NCBI GenBank assembly: GCA_004431415.1
Contig: QPMI01000577.1
Span: forward strand, 1-64,000
Reading direction: 5' to 3'
Origin: Cyanophora paradoxa CCMP329
Taxonomy: Eukaryota > Plantae > Glaucophyta
DNA: 64,000 bases
The notes beneath the pieces are model-generated. The model made no database searches and was not told the origin of the DNA. It saw only the letters and a list, made by a program, of their open reading frames with translations. A program made the position numbers and the translations under genes. The first letter of the stretch is position 1. Every line of letters starts with the position of its first letter. Below, piece by piece: positions 35,801 through 48,830 of the stretch.

Positions 35801-38634
35801 CGAGTCGCAAAGCCACAGGACGGAACCCGCGGCCGTTCAGTGTATGGTTAAGAAGAGCATCCTCAAGCGCAGTGCCGGAGAGCTTGACGACCCAGAATCC
35901 GTCACAGGCTCGGTTTTCCGCCCTGCAAGAAGACGTCCAATGAGAGCGTGAATATTAATCGAGACTCAAATCTTTAAGAGCATGGGACTTAGACCTGCAA
36001 ATGCTTGTGAACGTCTCTCGAGCGATTTCCAAATAGTTTGTGTATACATTCACACTCCCAAAAGCGCTTGAGATTACAATGTTGCTCCCTGGGAAGAAGT
36101 CCTTCGCCATCTGTCAGCCCATTAAAATCGATTCTGATATGCTTCCAGCTGACTGCAGCGCTTTTGAATTCGACAGCAGCTGACCACGATGCAAGAATCT
36201 TTGTCGAACATCGAAGCTTCTCGCCTGCAAATGTACATGTCCACTGGCGATCGCGGTCCGATCCACGAAAGAAAGCAGCTGTACCAATCGTCAGCGGCCC
36301 CATGCGGGCTCCAGCAAGTTGCCGATGAAGAGTGCATCGTTATAGAGTCGATTTTAAGCCGTGCTCTCTTGCGATCGGTGCCTCCCCAAGCGGAATGCTC
36401 TACAACAAAAGCTGCATCGCATGCATCGATCTGACCCCTGCAAATGCGTATGTATATATGCATACATATATTCGAATTCGAATTAGGTAGGTTTCCCTCA
36501 AGATCACAACTTACCCGCATACTCGCCATACTGCAGTGCTATTTAAGGAAAAATTCAAATACGAATTATCCGTGGAGCCCAGCTAATGTTATAAAACAAT
36601 GAAAGCGAGTCAGCATATCGATCAGTACGTGCACTGAACGTGTTTGCGCGTATAATACCTCGATGCAGGATCCGGAGTGGTAGGAATTTGATTTCCAGCT
36701 TGAGTCGACGTCGGTACATAACTTCACACGAACGCTGATGGAGGCCTGATTTTGAGGAGAAAAGAACCAGGAGACGAAACAGCTGGAGAAAGAGGTTGCA
36801 CAAAATTCTGAAGACACATTCGAAATAAACACGCCAGTGAAGAAGAGGGCGACTGGGCGCGATCCTTCAAAATACGGGTCGCTCTCTGCGTGCCCGGCAG
36901 GACGGACGACCCAAGATGCGTTGCAAGATGCGTTGTTCTGGAGCGTATATTGATCCCTGCGCATGCGGAGACGAGACGAATGGAAATATCAGCTCAACAG
37001 GACATAGGAATACACATAAGAAAAACCTCTCACCCGCAAATCTTTCGCACGTCCTCCAGGGTGGGGTATATGCTAGAGTACACGCCTGCGGTCTCAGAGC
37101 TGAAAATCTGCATGAACGCAATATTTATTGAGCTCGCGACCGAGATTCGAGAACTTATAATTAATCGGCCCAGGCCCAGCATGTTTGGCTCCGCACCGTG
37201 ATGCAAGATGGTTTAGAGTAAAAAGCAGTGCTGCACAGGTAACCGTCGACGGGGGCGAGGGGCATTCTACTTGTCCATGCGATCGAGCATCCAAGTGCTG
37301 GGCTGGATTTCGCGGTCAAAGAGCCATATCCAGTGCACGTCGCGGATGATTGGGCGGTTACTGTAACAGGTCCAGCTCGGATCGTGATGGCGCGGCTCGC
37401 AACAAACGCGCTATCTGCGATGACGGCAAAGAACACAGCGCAGCTGTTCGAATTCGCGAATCAGCACATTGCTCGTTGCAATTGGAACATGCGCGCATGC
37501 TGATGCAGATATATATAGAACGCACCTGAGCACGGTGTCGCTACCACAAGCACTTGTAAAGTTGAGATCGGTGAGGCTGATGTCGGCATATCCGGCAGAG
37601 GACGGCACCATAACGTCCCGCTGAAAGAAGCTGCCGTAACTTCTGCTACAGCCACTCCATGGCCAATCCGACGCCGACGCCGCCGCGATCTCCTCTGATA
37701 CCGTCGAGTAGGTAATAGAGGCGCTGCATACTCGAATAGAGGCTTCTTCGAAATTATAGTCTGCCGAAGAGTTGCCGGCCAATGTGGTCCTCCAGATGAC
37801 TCTGCAGAGCGAGCCAACATCGCATACAGAAGCCGAGCTGGAGTCGAGGGCGACTTCGGCTGCGTATTCGTAGAGCATATTGCGAGTTATAATTAGTATG
37901 TCGCATTCGCAATTGGGATTTAGTACTAGTGTATATATATATACACGCATGCGCAAAAATACCGCCTGTTAACATGACGGGGTGGCTGATGATGTCGAAC
38001 GGATTCGGAGCGACATATCTACTATATGCTTGGGCGACGATAAAGAAAGCAGGGCACCTGCACACGCACACGAAATTAATCAGTAGGTGTTCGTGTACAG
38101 GCCTAGTTATATATAGGCCCGGTAGATGCGAATTGAATTTAAGAAACTTGAAATGCACCCGGGGCCATCGTTCGAGCCGCAAATGTCTCGGTACTCCCGG
38201 CCGGACAACGTTAAGCGAGCGGACAGCGATCCGGGATGTACCTGCTGATGTTTGCAGTTCCCAATCCAAAACTGATCAAATGCATCATTCCCCGCAAGCG
38301 GTGGATCCCTGCAAATTGAGGCGACCGCGACTATCGATTGCCCTATAGCTAGTATTCCGCTCTGGGCCCACTCCATGTCCACCTTGCAGGGTGATCCAAC
38401 AGCGCAGACAGCGTCCGACGTCGTCAGGATTGCAGCCGGTACCTGCAGCGCTATAGCTAGCTGCCCTGAGGCGGGCGCGATGGCGGCTGCTAACAAGCTC
38501 AAGGTGAGGCAGGCTCCGACTGCAAGCGTAATTGTAAGCTGGGGGCCAGCGGCTGCAGCCGGGGCTGCGATTTGGGGGGCCAGCTTGCAATCAGCGCCGG
38601 CGCCGGCCAAGCTGAAGGGACCATATATATGCAT
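32853..38634 (-). CDS. Large low-GC surface protein: signal peptide, repeated Cys/Trp modules, C-terminal multi-TM region
   Basis: Hydrophobic leader LAVGACLTLSLLAAAIA; recurring CxxxxxxCxVxW motif; ORF 32853-33983 has several TM segments and LWMDMC...LC. The single-gene model is inferred. Confidence 0.55.
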
Positions 38635-39300
38635 GCAAGCGGGCAGTCATGCATATGGTCATCCGATCGCGATTAGCTCCGATTCTGCGGGAGTCATGCA
38701 TATGCCATGATGCGCATGCCACGATGGGAGGCTGCGGCTCGCGGCTAAAGGTGCGACGGTAGCCGCTCAGCAGTGGCAGCGCCGCTGAGCTCCCGGCGAG
38801 TCCCCGGAGCTAAATCTGCGGCCGAGTGCGGATCCCGATTCCCGAGTGCGGCGCCTGCCGTAGTAACCAACAACTCCACCTCCTGCGGCCTCGAGCTCGC
38901 CGGCTACCGTACTACGGTAGTACGTATCATAGATTCATGGTATGCACTGCGGCAGGCTGAGATAATTATACTAGTGATATGCAGCGGCATTGCAGCCTGC
39001 GCATGCAGCCTGCCGCATGCGCAGTTCAGCGGCAGCCTGCAGAGTCAGTGCAGACTCGCCGGCGGCAGCCTGGCACTGGGCTGGCAGTACTACGGTAGTA
39101 CTGCCCGGCGGCCAGTAGCTTAGCTATAGGGAGTCTTAGGGACCCGACTTGGACCAACGTTCTACCGTAGTACGGTACTTGGACCGTATACGTATTGTGT
39201 AATTATATAACGTATACTGCCGTACTACGGCGTACGCGTACGTCGCGTAGTCGTCGCCGCGCGTACTACGTAAGTATACGGTACCGCCGTACCGGTAGTA

Positions 39301-39541
39301 CTGTAAAACGAGAAACGTCCGGCGTCACTTTATTTCGGCAAAACCTGAAAAATGCGCCGAAACTGTGGTTCATTGGCATCATATTTTCGGCAACACAGCC
39401 AGTCCGCCTAGGCGGCGGGTACATCGATCCCTCTTTCGCCATACATTTGCACAATTCTGGCAGTTTCAAATATTCGGCACCGCGAGGATGTGTCGAAAAG
39501 CGCCGAATATTAAGTGCTGCCGGACATTTCTCGTTTTACAG
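39301..39541. mobile_element. MITE family B (Tc1/mariner-type ends)
   Basis: TA|ctgtaaaacgagaaacgtccggcgtcactt ... aagtgctgccggacatttctcgttttacag|TA; ~30-bp TIRs with 3 mismatches; TA target duplication. Confidence 0.85.
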
Positions 39542-39589
39542 TACATAGCGGTCGGACCGTCGGACCCGGCCGCGGCCCGCGGCCCGGCG

Positions 39590-40110
39590 GGGTCCCGGTC
39601 CTGGACTCCGGGACTCCCGGACCGAGTCCCGGTCCGAGTCCCGGTCCTCCCGGGCCTCCCGGAGTCCCGGACCGATCGGTCCGGCCTGGCGCCGGCTGGC
39701 GGCCGCGGAGTCCGGAGTCCCGGGTCCGGAGTCCGGACTGCTTACTAGGCTACTGTCCGACGGTCAATGTCTGTCAGACGTCGCTAAGTTAGACGTCGCT
39801 TTAGTTAGACGTTTGCCCACCCGGCCCGTCGTGATAGACGTTCACAAACTTGACACAAAGATATAGACGAATGACGAGAATTAGCTTGATTTTACCTAAG
39901 AAATTACGCAAAAAGGACATATCTATAGACGCGTACGAGGTTTTAGTTAGACGAGTACCCACAGGGTCCACAGGGTTGTGGATGGACAGTACTCACACTG
40001 TGTCAGCTGCAGTGACTCAGCGACTGCGGCGCGGGTCCCGGACCTCCCGCCGGCTCCCGGTCCGGAGTCCGGACTCCGGACTCCGGACTCCGGAGTCGGA
40101 GTCCGGGATC
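39590..40110. repeat. CCGGAGT/ACTCCGG repeat blocks flanking a possible TA-flanked mini-element (39753-39989)
   Basis: Repeated ccggagt/ggactcc blocks on both sides; core TA|ctgtcc...ggacag|TA with ttagacg repeats (TIR only 6 bp). Confidence 0.5.
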
Positions 40111-40381
40111 CGCGCCGACCAACAGTACGTATACGTATACAGACTAGATTCGGACAACCGGAGTCCGCGCACCGGGCGGCCCGCGGCCCGGCGGCCGGGC
40201 CGGGCGGCCGCGGCCCGCGCGGCGCCGGCGCCGGCGCCGCGCGCGCGCGGCATGTACATGTGCCAGTGTCACAGTGTGCCAGAGTGTGCGCGGCACTGTG
40301 CCGCACTGCGCGCTGCGAGCCTGCGACTCTGCGAGCCTGCGAGTCTGGGCTGCGACAGCCTCCGACAGCCTACCTAGGCTA

Positions 40382-40643
40382 CCGTCGGGCACTAAATTAC
40401 CGCGGCATAAATTACCGCGTTTTAAAACCCGGCCCGCCATAGAGCAAAATACCGCGGTACCAAATTACCGCGTTTTTACAAATTTGAGGCTTGTATGGGG
40501 CGGTAATTATGGGGGGTACTGTATAGGGCGACTTCTCAGCTGCAAATTACCGCGGAACCAAATTACCGCGTTTTAACAAATTCTCGGCGCGGTAATTTGG
40601 TACCGCGGTAATTAAGTGGGCGCGGTATTTATGTGTTCTACGG
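40382..40643. mobile_element. MITE family A, copy 2
   Basis: TA|ccgtcgggcactaaattaccgcg ... cgcggtatttatgtgttctacgg|TA; multiple internal aaattaccgcg. Confidence 0.8.
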
Positions 40644-41920
40644 TACCGGTAGGCCTGCGAGCCTGCAGCTGCCAGTGCCTGCCACAGCCTGGCGAGCCGA
40701 GAGGCCCGACTCCCGACTCCCGAGATTCCCCGAGTTCCGAGAATCGAGCTCGAGATGCGCATGGCGCCGCATGCATCCATCGATCCGACGGTCGGACGCG
40801 GACGCGTCACGGTCATGATCACGTATACGTATGCATGCGCATGCCTATGCCATCATGCATTGCCATGATGCATGCATATATATAGCATTGCGTGAATTTT
40901 CGTCACAATATTTGCGCGCGCTCAGCGCCGCGCTCACCGCCGCTCATCCACGTGCACGTCACGGACTCATGGCAGATCCGACGAATCAGCGACGACCCCG
41001 AGATCCTCGAACTCGGAAGCATACTAGTATGCGCATGCGTCACATGATGCGTCACCGTGGCACGTGACTCACGTCGACGGTCTGCAATGACTTTGCATAA
41101 TTTTTTATAATGACTGAATCGCGATCGACTCTGCAATCGTTCAACGGTTATATATGATTAATTATAATGTACCCGCGCCGCCGCCGGCCCGGCCACCGGG
41201 CGCCACCGCGCCGGCGGCCCGCCGGCCGCGGGCCGCGGCCGGCGGCGGCCGGCGCCCGGCCGGGCCGCGCGCGCGGCCGCGGCGCGCCGCGTCCCTGAGA
41301 CAATCCCTGATTATCCCTACCCCTAGGCCTCGCGAGTCGGAGCCCTGGGCCCTCACTGGCAGTCTGTGGCAGAGTCACTGAGTCACTGGCACTCACTGCC
41401 CCTCACTGAGGCCGAAAACCGGATATGCGCCAACTCGGTACTTTCTCAAGTCTCTTTCCGAACTCGGGACTTGAGTGTTCGGGTATTTGCCGGGTCCTAG
41501 CATGTCAGGTGGAGACTTGAAAAGTTGAAGCAAAGACCCTCAACCGGTCAGGGCCCCGGGCCTTCCAATTGCAAGGCCCGGCCCAGCCTCCCATGCCGGC
41601 GCCAGGGCCCACTGGGCCACTGCACAGACTGTGCACAGGGCCAGCTGCTCACCCCGCACTGGCGGCACTGCGTCGCGTCGTGCGGGGGCGGCCCCGGGCG
41701 GGTCCCGCATCCGGCAGCTCATGATCAGCAGTAAAAAGTTTCAATTTTCAAAGTCTAAAGACTGGAGCGTGCGCAGCTCAGAATGCGGCGGGGCCCCGTG
41801 CGCACGTGCACGTCACGGCGTGCCCCGCTGCGTTCAACGGTTGGCCTAAGAAGAGGGAGAATGTTCACTGCCATGCAATCTGCTCTAGATCTCTCAGCGT
41901 CTGCTGTCCTCGGCCTCGCC

Positions 41921-44900
41921 TTAGAAGAGGGAGAAGAGGCAGAGGGACTCGTCGAGGGCCATCAGCGTGTTCTCCAGCCGGTCGCACGCCTTTAGCGCCT
42001 GCAGACGGGGCTGCGATCAGAGGCGGGGCGGGCGAGGAGCAAGCAGGGACTACAATTAGAAGGGCGGCCGCGCCTGCTGCTGCATCTCCGCGACGGTCCG
42101 CTCGCCGTCAGCGCCAGCGGCGCCCGCCTTCTCCTTGTCGCCGGCCCCCGCCTTCGCCCCGCCGCCCGCCTCCCCGCCCCTCGAGCTCGCCCCCGCCGCC
42201 GCCGCGGAGCCGCCCTCCTCCTCCCCCGCCCCCGCCGCCGCGCCCCCGGCGGCCCCGCCGACGGCGGCGACGGCGCCGTTGCCGTTGGCGCCGTTGCCGG
42301 AGCCGCGGAGGAGCTGGTCGCGGCGGGCGACCTCGGCGAGGAGCCGGCGCCGCACGTTGAAGCAGGCCCGGTAGAGCTGCGCGGGGGCCAAAGGCGAAGC
42401 GAAGTCAGCGGCGGCGGCGCGGGCGCTCGCACTGTCGGTCTGGCGGGCAAAGCCTCTAGGACAATTGCAACCGGAGAGCCGCCAGGCCTCTTAAGGGGGC
42501 CCCCTCCCTCCCCCCTCGAGGCGGCATAGGAGGCTCTAGGCGGGGGGCGGCGAAGGAGGGGGGAGCCGCCCCCGCCGCGAAGCTCCCCAAGCCTCCTTCC
42601 TCGGCCCAGACCGCCCCTCACCCTAAGCGAGCCGAAGCTCCCCAAGCATCCAAACTCCCCACGCAGCTCCCCTTGGACGGATCGGCGGATCTAGGCTCTT
42701 GCCCCTACGATCTTCCCCTAAGATAGTACGCGTGGGCCCCCATGCGAAGAAGCCCGGGCTTCCAGGCCCCTCTCGCCCCAAGGTGGCGGACCTGGTCGAC
42801 GAGGCGGGCGAGGAGGCGGGGGAGGTTGACGGCCCACAGGTAGAACGTCCGCTGCGGGTTGTGGTCCTGGCCTCGCGGCACCTCCTGCCCGGGGGCACCC
42901 CGCCCCGTCAGCCGCCGCCCGATCGACCCCGGATCGGTCGCCCGATCGATCGCCCCCTCGATCGCCGGAGCGGCTAGCATGGGCAGCTAAAGCTTAAGCC
43001 GGGCGACCTAGATCCAACGGTCGGAGCGGGGCTGGCCCAGAAGCTAGGCTTCTGGGAATGCCTAGGCTTCTTCTTCTGAGGATCTGGGGGCGAGGCGGGA
43101 GAGGGGAACGCTCGCCTGGAGGTAGAGGAAGTGGGCGGCGAGCATGCGGTGGAGGTGCTCCCGCGCCTCCTTCACCGGGATCATCGCCAGCTCCCCCACC
43201 TGCGAGAGCAGGAGCGGAGCGGAGTAGAGTAGAGTCAGAGAGAGAGAGCGTAGGGGGAGGGGAGGGTGGGAAGAATGGACTAGGCGTGCCGCCGCATAGT
43301 TCCCGGGCCCTTCGAATCACGGGCGGGCTAGAGGGTGGGCGGCAGGGAGGGCGGGGCGGGGCGGGGCGGGGCGGGGCGGGCGCGCTTGCTTCTCCTCCAG
43401 CTGCGTCTTGGCGAGGAGCAGCCGGAAGACGCGCGCCGGCATCTCCCCGAACCTGCGCGCCGAGGTACATGAGATTAGGCATGGGGGTAGGAGCACGGGC
43501 AGGGGGACCGCTCACCGCTCGCTGACGATCGCCTCGACGGTCTTTCGCTTGACCAAATCCTGCGGGGGAACGTTCGCCAGGGGGGTACGCGGTACGGTGC
43601 GGAGGGGGGTACAGGCTCACCAGCGCGGCCCGCAGGTTGAGGGTGTAAGCGCCACCGCCCGTCTCGCCGTGCTTCTGCGGGGGGTTTGAGGGGAGGGGGG
43701 TAGGCTGATGCTAAGGGGGTACGGGACCCACCGTCGCAATGCCGGTCGTGTCCTTGCAGAGGAGCTCCATGTAGTCTCCCAGCTAGGGGGTACGAAGTTG
43801 TGGGCTCCGAGGAAGGAGGGGGGGGGAGGCGGGGGTACCTTGTTCTTGTTGACGTTCAGGTCGATGGGGAGGGAGGGGTGGACCTGATCCACATAGAATA
43901 CGCCTGCGGGGTACAGGTTTAAAAAGGATGCGCCGAGACGGGGGAAAGGGGGGTTACGGGGTACGGCGCACATGTGGTGGGATCGCAGCGTGTCTTCTCG
44001 AAGGGAGCGGTAACCAGCAGGACGCTCTGAGACGAAGTCAGGGAAGCGGGTAATGCGATACGAGGAGGCGAGGGAGGGGGTACGCGAACCCGCACGATCG
44101 CGGCGGCGGTCGGGTTGTACTTCTCTGAGACGAGGCGGACAACGGCCTGCGGGGGGTACCGGGTCGGGTCGGGGAGCGGGTGAGGGGGTACAGGGCGATT
44201 CGTGCCTCGTGGCGGAAGACGCGGACAATCTGAGGGGGGGGGGGGGGGGGGGGGGGGGGGAGAACGGCGTCGGTCCGCGGGCTGCGGGAAGGGAGGGGTA
44301 CGGGCCCCGCACCTGGTCGTAGTTGACCCGCCAGAGGATCTCGCCCTCCTGTACCCCGGAAGAAAAGGAATGAGGTGGGCGGCGGTGCGGGGGCGCGGGC
44401 GGGGCGCACGGGAGTGGAGCCGGCGGGGGCGCCCGGGCCGCCGCTGGAGGGGCCGGGGGCCGCAGCGCTATCGCCGGGGCCCCGCCCGCCGGCGCGGCCA
44501 GCGCATCCTTGCCCCGCCGCGGCTTCTGCGGCCGCCGGTCTCAGGGACCCAGGGGGTAGACACAGCAGCGCGCCGGTCTCGGAAGTGGGCGGGGGGAAGG
44601 GGGGGGGGGGGGGAGGAGCGCGCCTTGGCGGCCCGCGATGCGCTGGCGGCGTCGGCGGCGGTGCGCTGGATCATCTCGAGCTCCAGCGCCACGGCCCCGC
44701 TGGCAGGCTCGGCGGCCCCGCCGAAGGAGAGGCCGCCCGCCCCGCCCCGCCCGCCGCCCCCTCCGGCGACATCGGGGTGCCGGCGTCCGCGCCCTTCTTC
44801 CGCTTCCGCGCCGCCGCCCCGCCCGCGGACGGCGGCGTGGGGGGTACGGGCGCCACGGCGCTCCGTCCCGACGCGGCGGCCCTGGGGACGGGGGAGGGAA

Positions 44901-46102
44901 TGAGCCGCAGAAAGGCAGGGGGGTACGCCGAGCGCACCGCTCGACGGCCGCGGCGGCGTTCGCCGCAGCGGATTGCTTCTTGGACCTGCGGGGCCGCGGC
45001 TCGAACGGGGGGCGGGATGGGCGGGGGGTACGGCGTCTCACCGCTCGGCCAGCATGGCGGCGATGGAGGGGGGTAGGATGAAGCGGTTGCTGAGGTAGGA
45101 GGAGACGGCGCTGTACTGGGGATCCTCTGCAGGGGTACGCAGTCAGCAGGTGCCTGCAGGCGGGACGAGGGCAAGGGGCATGCACCGGAGGGGACCGGGG
45201 CGGGGGATACGGGGAGGCCGAGCGGGGGTACGCGTTCGATGTAGCGGTGCCGGACCTGACGTACGCCGTCGGAAAAGGGGGGGAGAGAAAGGGGCGGAGG
45301 GGTACCAGCTCGACGAAGCAGTCACGCAGCGCCTCGCGCTCGTCTCCGGGCTCTGCGGCGGCGCGCGTGGGCGGCGGCCGCCGGCGCGGCGCGCGGCGCG
45401 TGCAGAGGGGCACCGAGCGGCTCGTCGAGAGTGAGGAGGCTCTGCGTCAGGGCGCGCTCCGCCTGTTGGCGCGGGCGGGCGGGCGGTCAGCTGGCGGGCG
45501 GGCGGACGAAGCGGAGCGCAGGCGGCCGAGGCGACGCGGGGCGGGGCGGGGCGGGACGGAGGCGCCTGTTGGGTGAGCTGGTCGACTCCGAGCCTTCCGT
45601 GCTGCACGAGCTCGTCTATGATCGCCTCGGACTGCGCGGCGCGTCGGCGGGCGCGGCCGGCGATCGCGGCGCGCGGGGCGGCGCACCCGCTGCCCGAAGC
45701 GCAGCTTCACGTGGGCCGCGAAGCGCGGGAAGCGGAGCCTGTGCAGAATGTTGTCCGCCGCGATATGGTACTGGTAGACCGGCGCTGGCGCGGGCGCGCC
45801 GGGCTTCACGGCGGCGGCGGCATCGCCGTCGATCACCGCGGAGGCGATGCTGTGTTGGAGCAGGATGAGCAGGCTGTTTCGCGTCTGCGTGTACTGGAGA
45901 CCGCTGTAGCGCATCACGTCCTGCAGGCTGAGCTTGCCCCGGTGCAGCAGGACCGCCGCGACCTTCTGCTCGACCGCGGAGCGCGGGCGGGCATCAGGCG
46001 GCCCCCGGGTCGGTTCCGCGCGAGGCGGCGCACCTCCACGATGTCCCCGAAGAAGTCTTTGACGATGTCCTGCGCGAGCTTCGCCTCGTACAGAGAGCCC
46101 AT
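41921..46102 (-). CDS. RPC3: DNA-directed RNA polymerase III subunit RPC3 (POLR3C/C82), multi-exon
   Basis: N-terminus MGSLYEAKLAQDIVKDFFGDIVE|KVAAVLLHRGKLSL...LLILLQHS, NILHRLRFPRF, ELVQHGRL, RHRYIER, WRVN; C-terminal RVFRLLL..LEEKQVGELAMIP and EVPR...RTFYLW. Confidence 0.92.
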
Positions 46103-46280
46103 CGCGTCGATGCTTGGGAGGCCCGAAAGTGCACTACGACCAGCCCGGGGGCCTCACGGGGCTGCGCCCAAGCGCATTCTCTCGCGCGGTTCGGCGGACT
46201 CGGTTGCACCTCTAGACTCGGCGGTTCGGCTCCCGGCGGTACAGTTTCTGTCGAGTGGATCAGAGGCGCCCGGGCGACCC
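46103..46280. promoter_or_regulatory. Probable bidirectional promoter (RPC3 / TPM-RING)
   Basis: 178 bp between divergent ATGs; inferred from geometry only. Confidence 0.45.
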
Positions 46281-48797
46281 ATGGCGTTCCTCTCGGCGCC
46301 GCCTTGGATTCGGAGCGATGGCGTCGATCTGAAGAACCGCCTCGATCCATCCGGACATCAATCCGCGGTTGCGAGGTCGGCACGGCAGACGCCGCGGCCG
46401 CGGCCGGCTTTCAGATCGCGTAGAGACGCCAACGCTCGACTCGGCAGCGCACGATCATTTGCCGTTCAGGCCGTCGTCGCCAATTGCAACAGCCGCTCGA
46501 AAAATTCGGAGCCGCCCGCCGGCGCCGGCGCGGCGCAGCGCAATTCGCCTGTGTACATTGGCGTCACATCAGAGCTCAGAAAAGGCGGCGATCGGCCCAG
46601 CAAGACGCCGCCGCGCGACGCGGGAAATCAAGATGATCATGACGTCGACGCCGACTTCGACGCGTACGGGGAAATTGCATCGCGCACGGCGACCCTGGGA
46701 ATCGTGGCCGCAGTCATTGCGGCCGGGTTTGTGATATCCTACGCTATCGTCCTGGCTATCAGTTTCATCCCGATCGCGACGAGCACGAGCGCGCGATCGG
46801 CGCAAGCGGGCTTCGACTTTTCGGCCTCCTCGCGATCGCTGGCGCCAGCGCCGGAGGCTCCTTTCGCGATCGCGGATTCGGGGCAGAAGCTGGATCCGGA
46901 GGCCCTGCAGCAGCCTTTTCGCCTGGGTGCCGGCGAGACGCCGAGCCCGGCCGAGCACTGACGCGTGTGCAACCGCCCGAGCAGGTGACCCCGGCCCGGC
47001 GCCGGCTGTCCCGCCAGATCTCAGCGCTACCGCCGCGGCGCCCAGGTCGCACGTGTGCAACGCCGACTCGCTCCTCTCCTCCGCCGCGGCGGACCGGCTC
47101 GACGAGATCGCCGGCGCGCTCGAGCGGGACCGCGGCTTCCAGGTGCGAGTTAAAATTACAAATACGATTTTCCCTCCCGGCCCGGCGGCCCGGACCCTCT
47201 GGAGCTGTACATGTACCCCGCGCCGCGCCTCAGATCGGGTACGCCGTCGCGGAGTCCATCAACCCCCCGGGGGGGGAGAAGGCGACGGCGGAGGAGGCCA
47301 AGCGGGCCGCGAAGCGCCTCCACGACCGGTGCTTGCAATTCCTTTAATGTGGATTGAAGGCTTAAGCTTGAAAGCTTAATTAAGCCGCTGTCACGTATTG
47401 ATTTTGGACGTCCTGGCGGGGCGGGGCGCGGCCAGGTGGGGCGTGGGGCACAGAGGCCAGGGCGATGGCGTGGTGGTGTTGCTGAGCGCACAGGACCGGC
47501 GCGCCTACATCTCCACCGGTGTGGCCCCCCTACCCCTCCCCCTCTAGATCTCCCCCCGGCCGGCCGGCCACCCCACTCGTTCTCGCTCTCCTGCCCCTTG
47601 TCCCCCTCCTCTTCCTCCCATTTCCTCCTCAAGCCCCTGATATCGATGGCCCCTCCCAAGGCCTAGGCCTCCCTTCCATTGAGATCGGAATCGGATCCCG
47701 CCATAGAGATTTCACCCGTCGCCCCCTTTTCAATTGCTTTACTCCCTGCCTGACCGGACCTATCCGAGCAAATTTTGTTCTTTTCAATGGCTCTCGCCCC
47801 AAGATAATATAAGATCCCGCCCCGAAATCTCGCCCGATCACTAATATTCGATCCCACGCCGCTCTGTTCCAATCGCGATTGCGCGCGCTCTAAATTTGCG
47901 CAGGCGCGAGGGCGCGTCGGCTGCTGCGGGACGGCGACTGCCGCGCGATTGCCTCGGCTGCGCTGCCCCTCGTCCGCTCCGGTGACTACGACGCCGCCGC
48001 CGTCGAGATGGGTGCGACCCTGCAGCTGCGCCGTCTGCTTAAGTTTCATTCGTCTTCAGATTTTCCAACTATAGCTCCGGAGTCCTGTCGTACAATGCGA
48101 CTTGTTAAACTTTATGCATATGAGCCGGCGCCAGCTTTTAATTCGAATTCAAAGATGAGATCTAGACCTCGTTCAGCGGTTCTAGATACGCGCCCGTGCA
48201 GGAGGCGCCGGTGGCGGCTCGAGCTTCACCGGGCCCGGGCCGCCTCGGGCCTAGGCCTGACCAACATTTGATTTCGCCCGGCGTCGGCGTCGCAGCCGAG
48301 GGCGTCGCGGAGAGGCTCTCCGCCGGCGCCGGCTCCCGACCATCCCCGAAGGTGTTAGCGCCCGCTTTCGTCGTCATGGGCGCTGGATACGCCCTGGTGG
48401 TCCCCTGGCAGCGGTTCCTCGCGCTGCGCGAGACGCGCGCGAGGCGGCGCCAGCGCAGGCGGGCCGCGCGGGCCCTGCTCGGGCTCCACGCGCTGAGGCG
48501 CCACCCGGGCTACGGGGGCGGCTTCTGCGCCCTCTGCTTCGAATTCGATTCCGACCGGTCCGCTGCGGCTGCGGGCGCCGAGGGCCCAGGTCTCTCGACC
48601 CTTCCGTGCGGGCACCAGTTTCATCCGCGCTGCCTCGCGGAGGGCGGCGCCGGCTACAGATGCCCCGTCTGCGGCGCCTGGAACTTAGAACAAGGCCGCC
48701 CGCTTGAGGAGCGCAATCTGAGGCGCAAGTACAAAGCCAGGGCAAGACGGGCCGACGACGAGTACGTCGCGGCGTCCCTTGCTCGAATCCAGGTCCG

Positions 48798-48830
<33 letters not shown>

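Noticed and set aside
41443-41523. Short inverted repeat tcaagtctc/gagacttga
   Set aside because: Too short and no target-site duplication, so it cannot be called an element.
45573-46280. 5' part of the 462-aa + strand ORF
   Set aside because: Antisense to RPC3 exons; only the part from MAFLSAPP (46281) is plausible.
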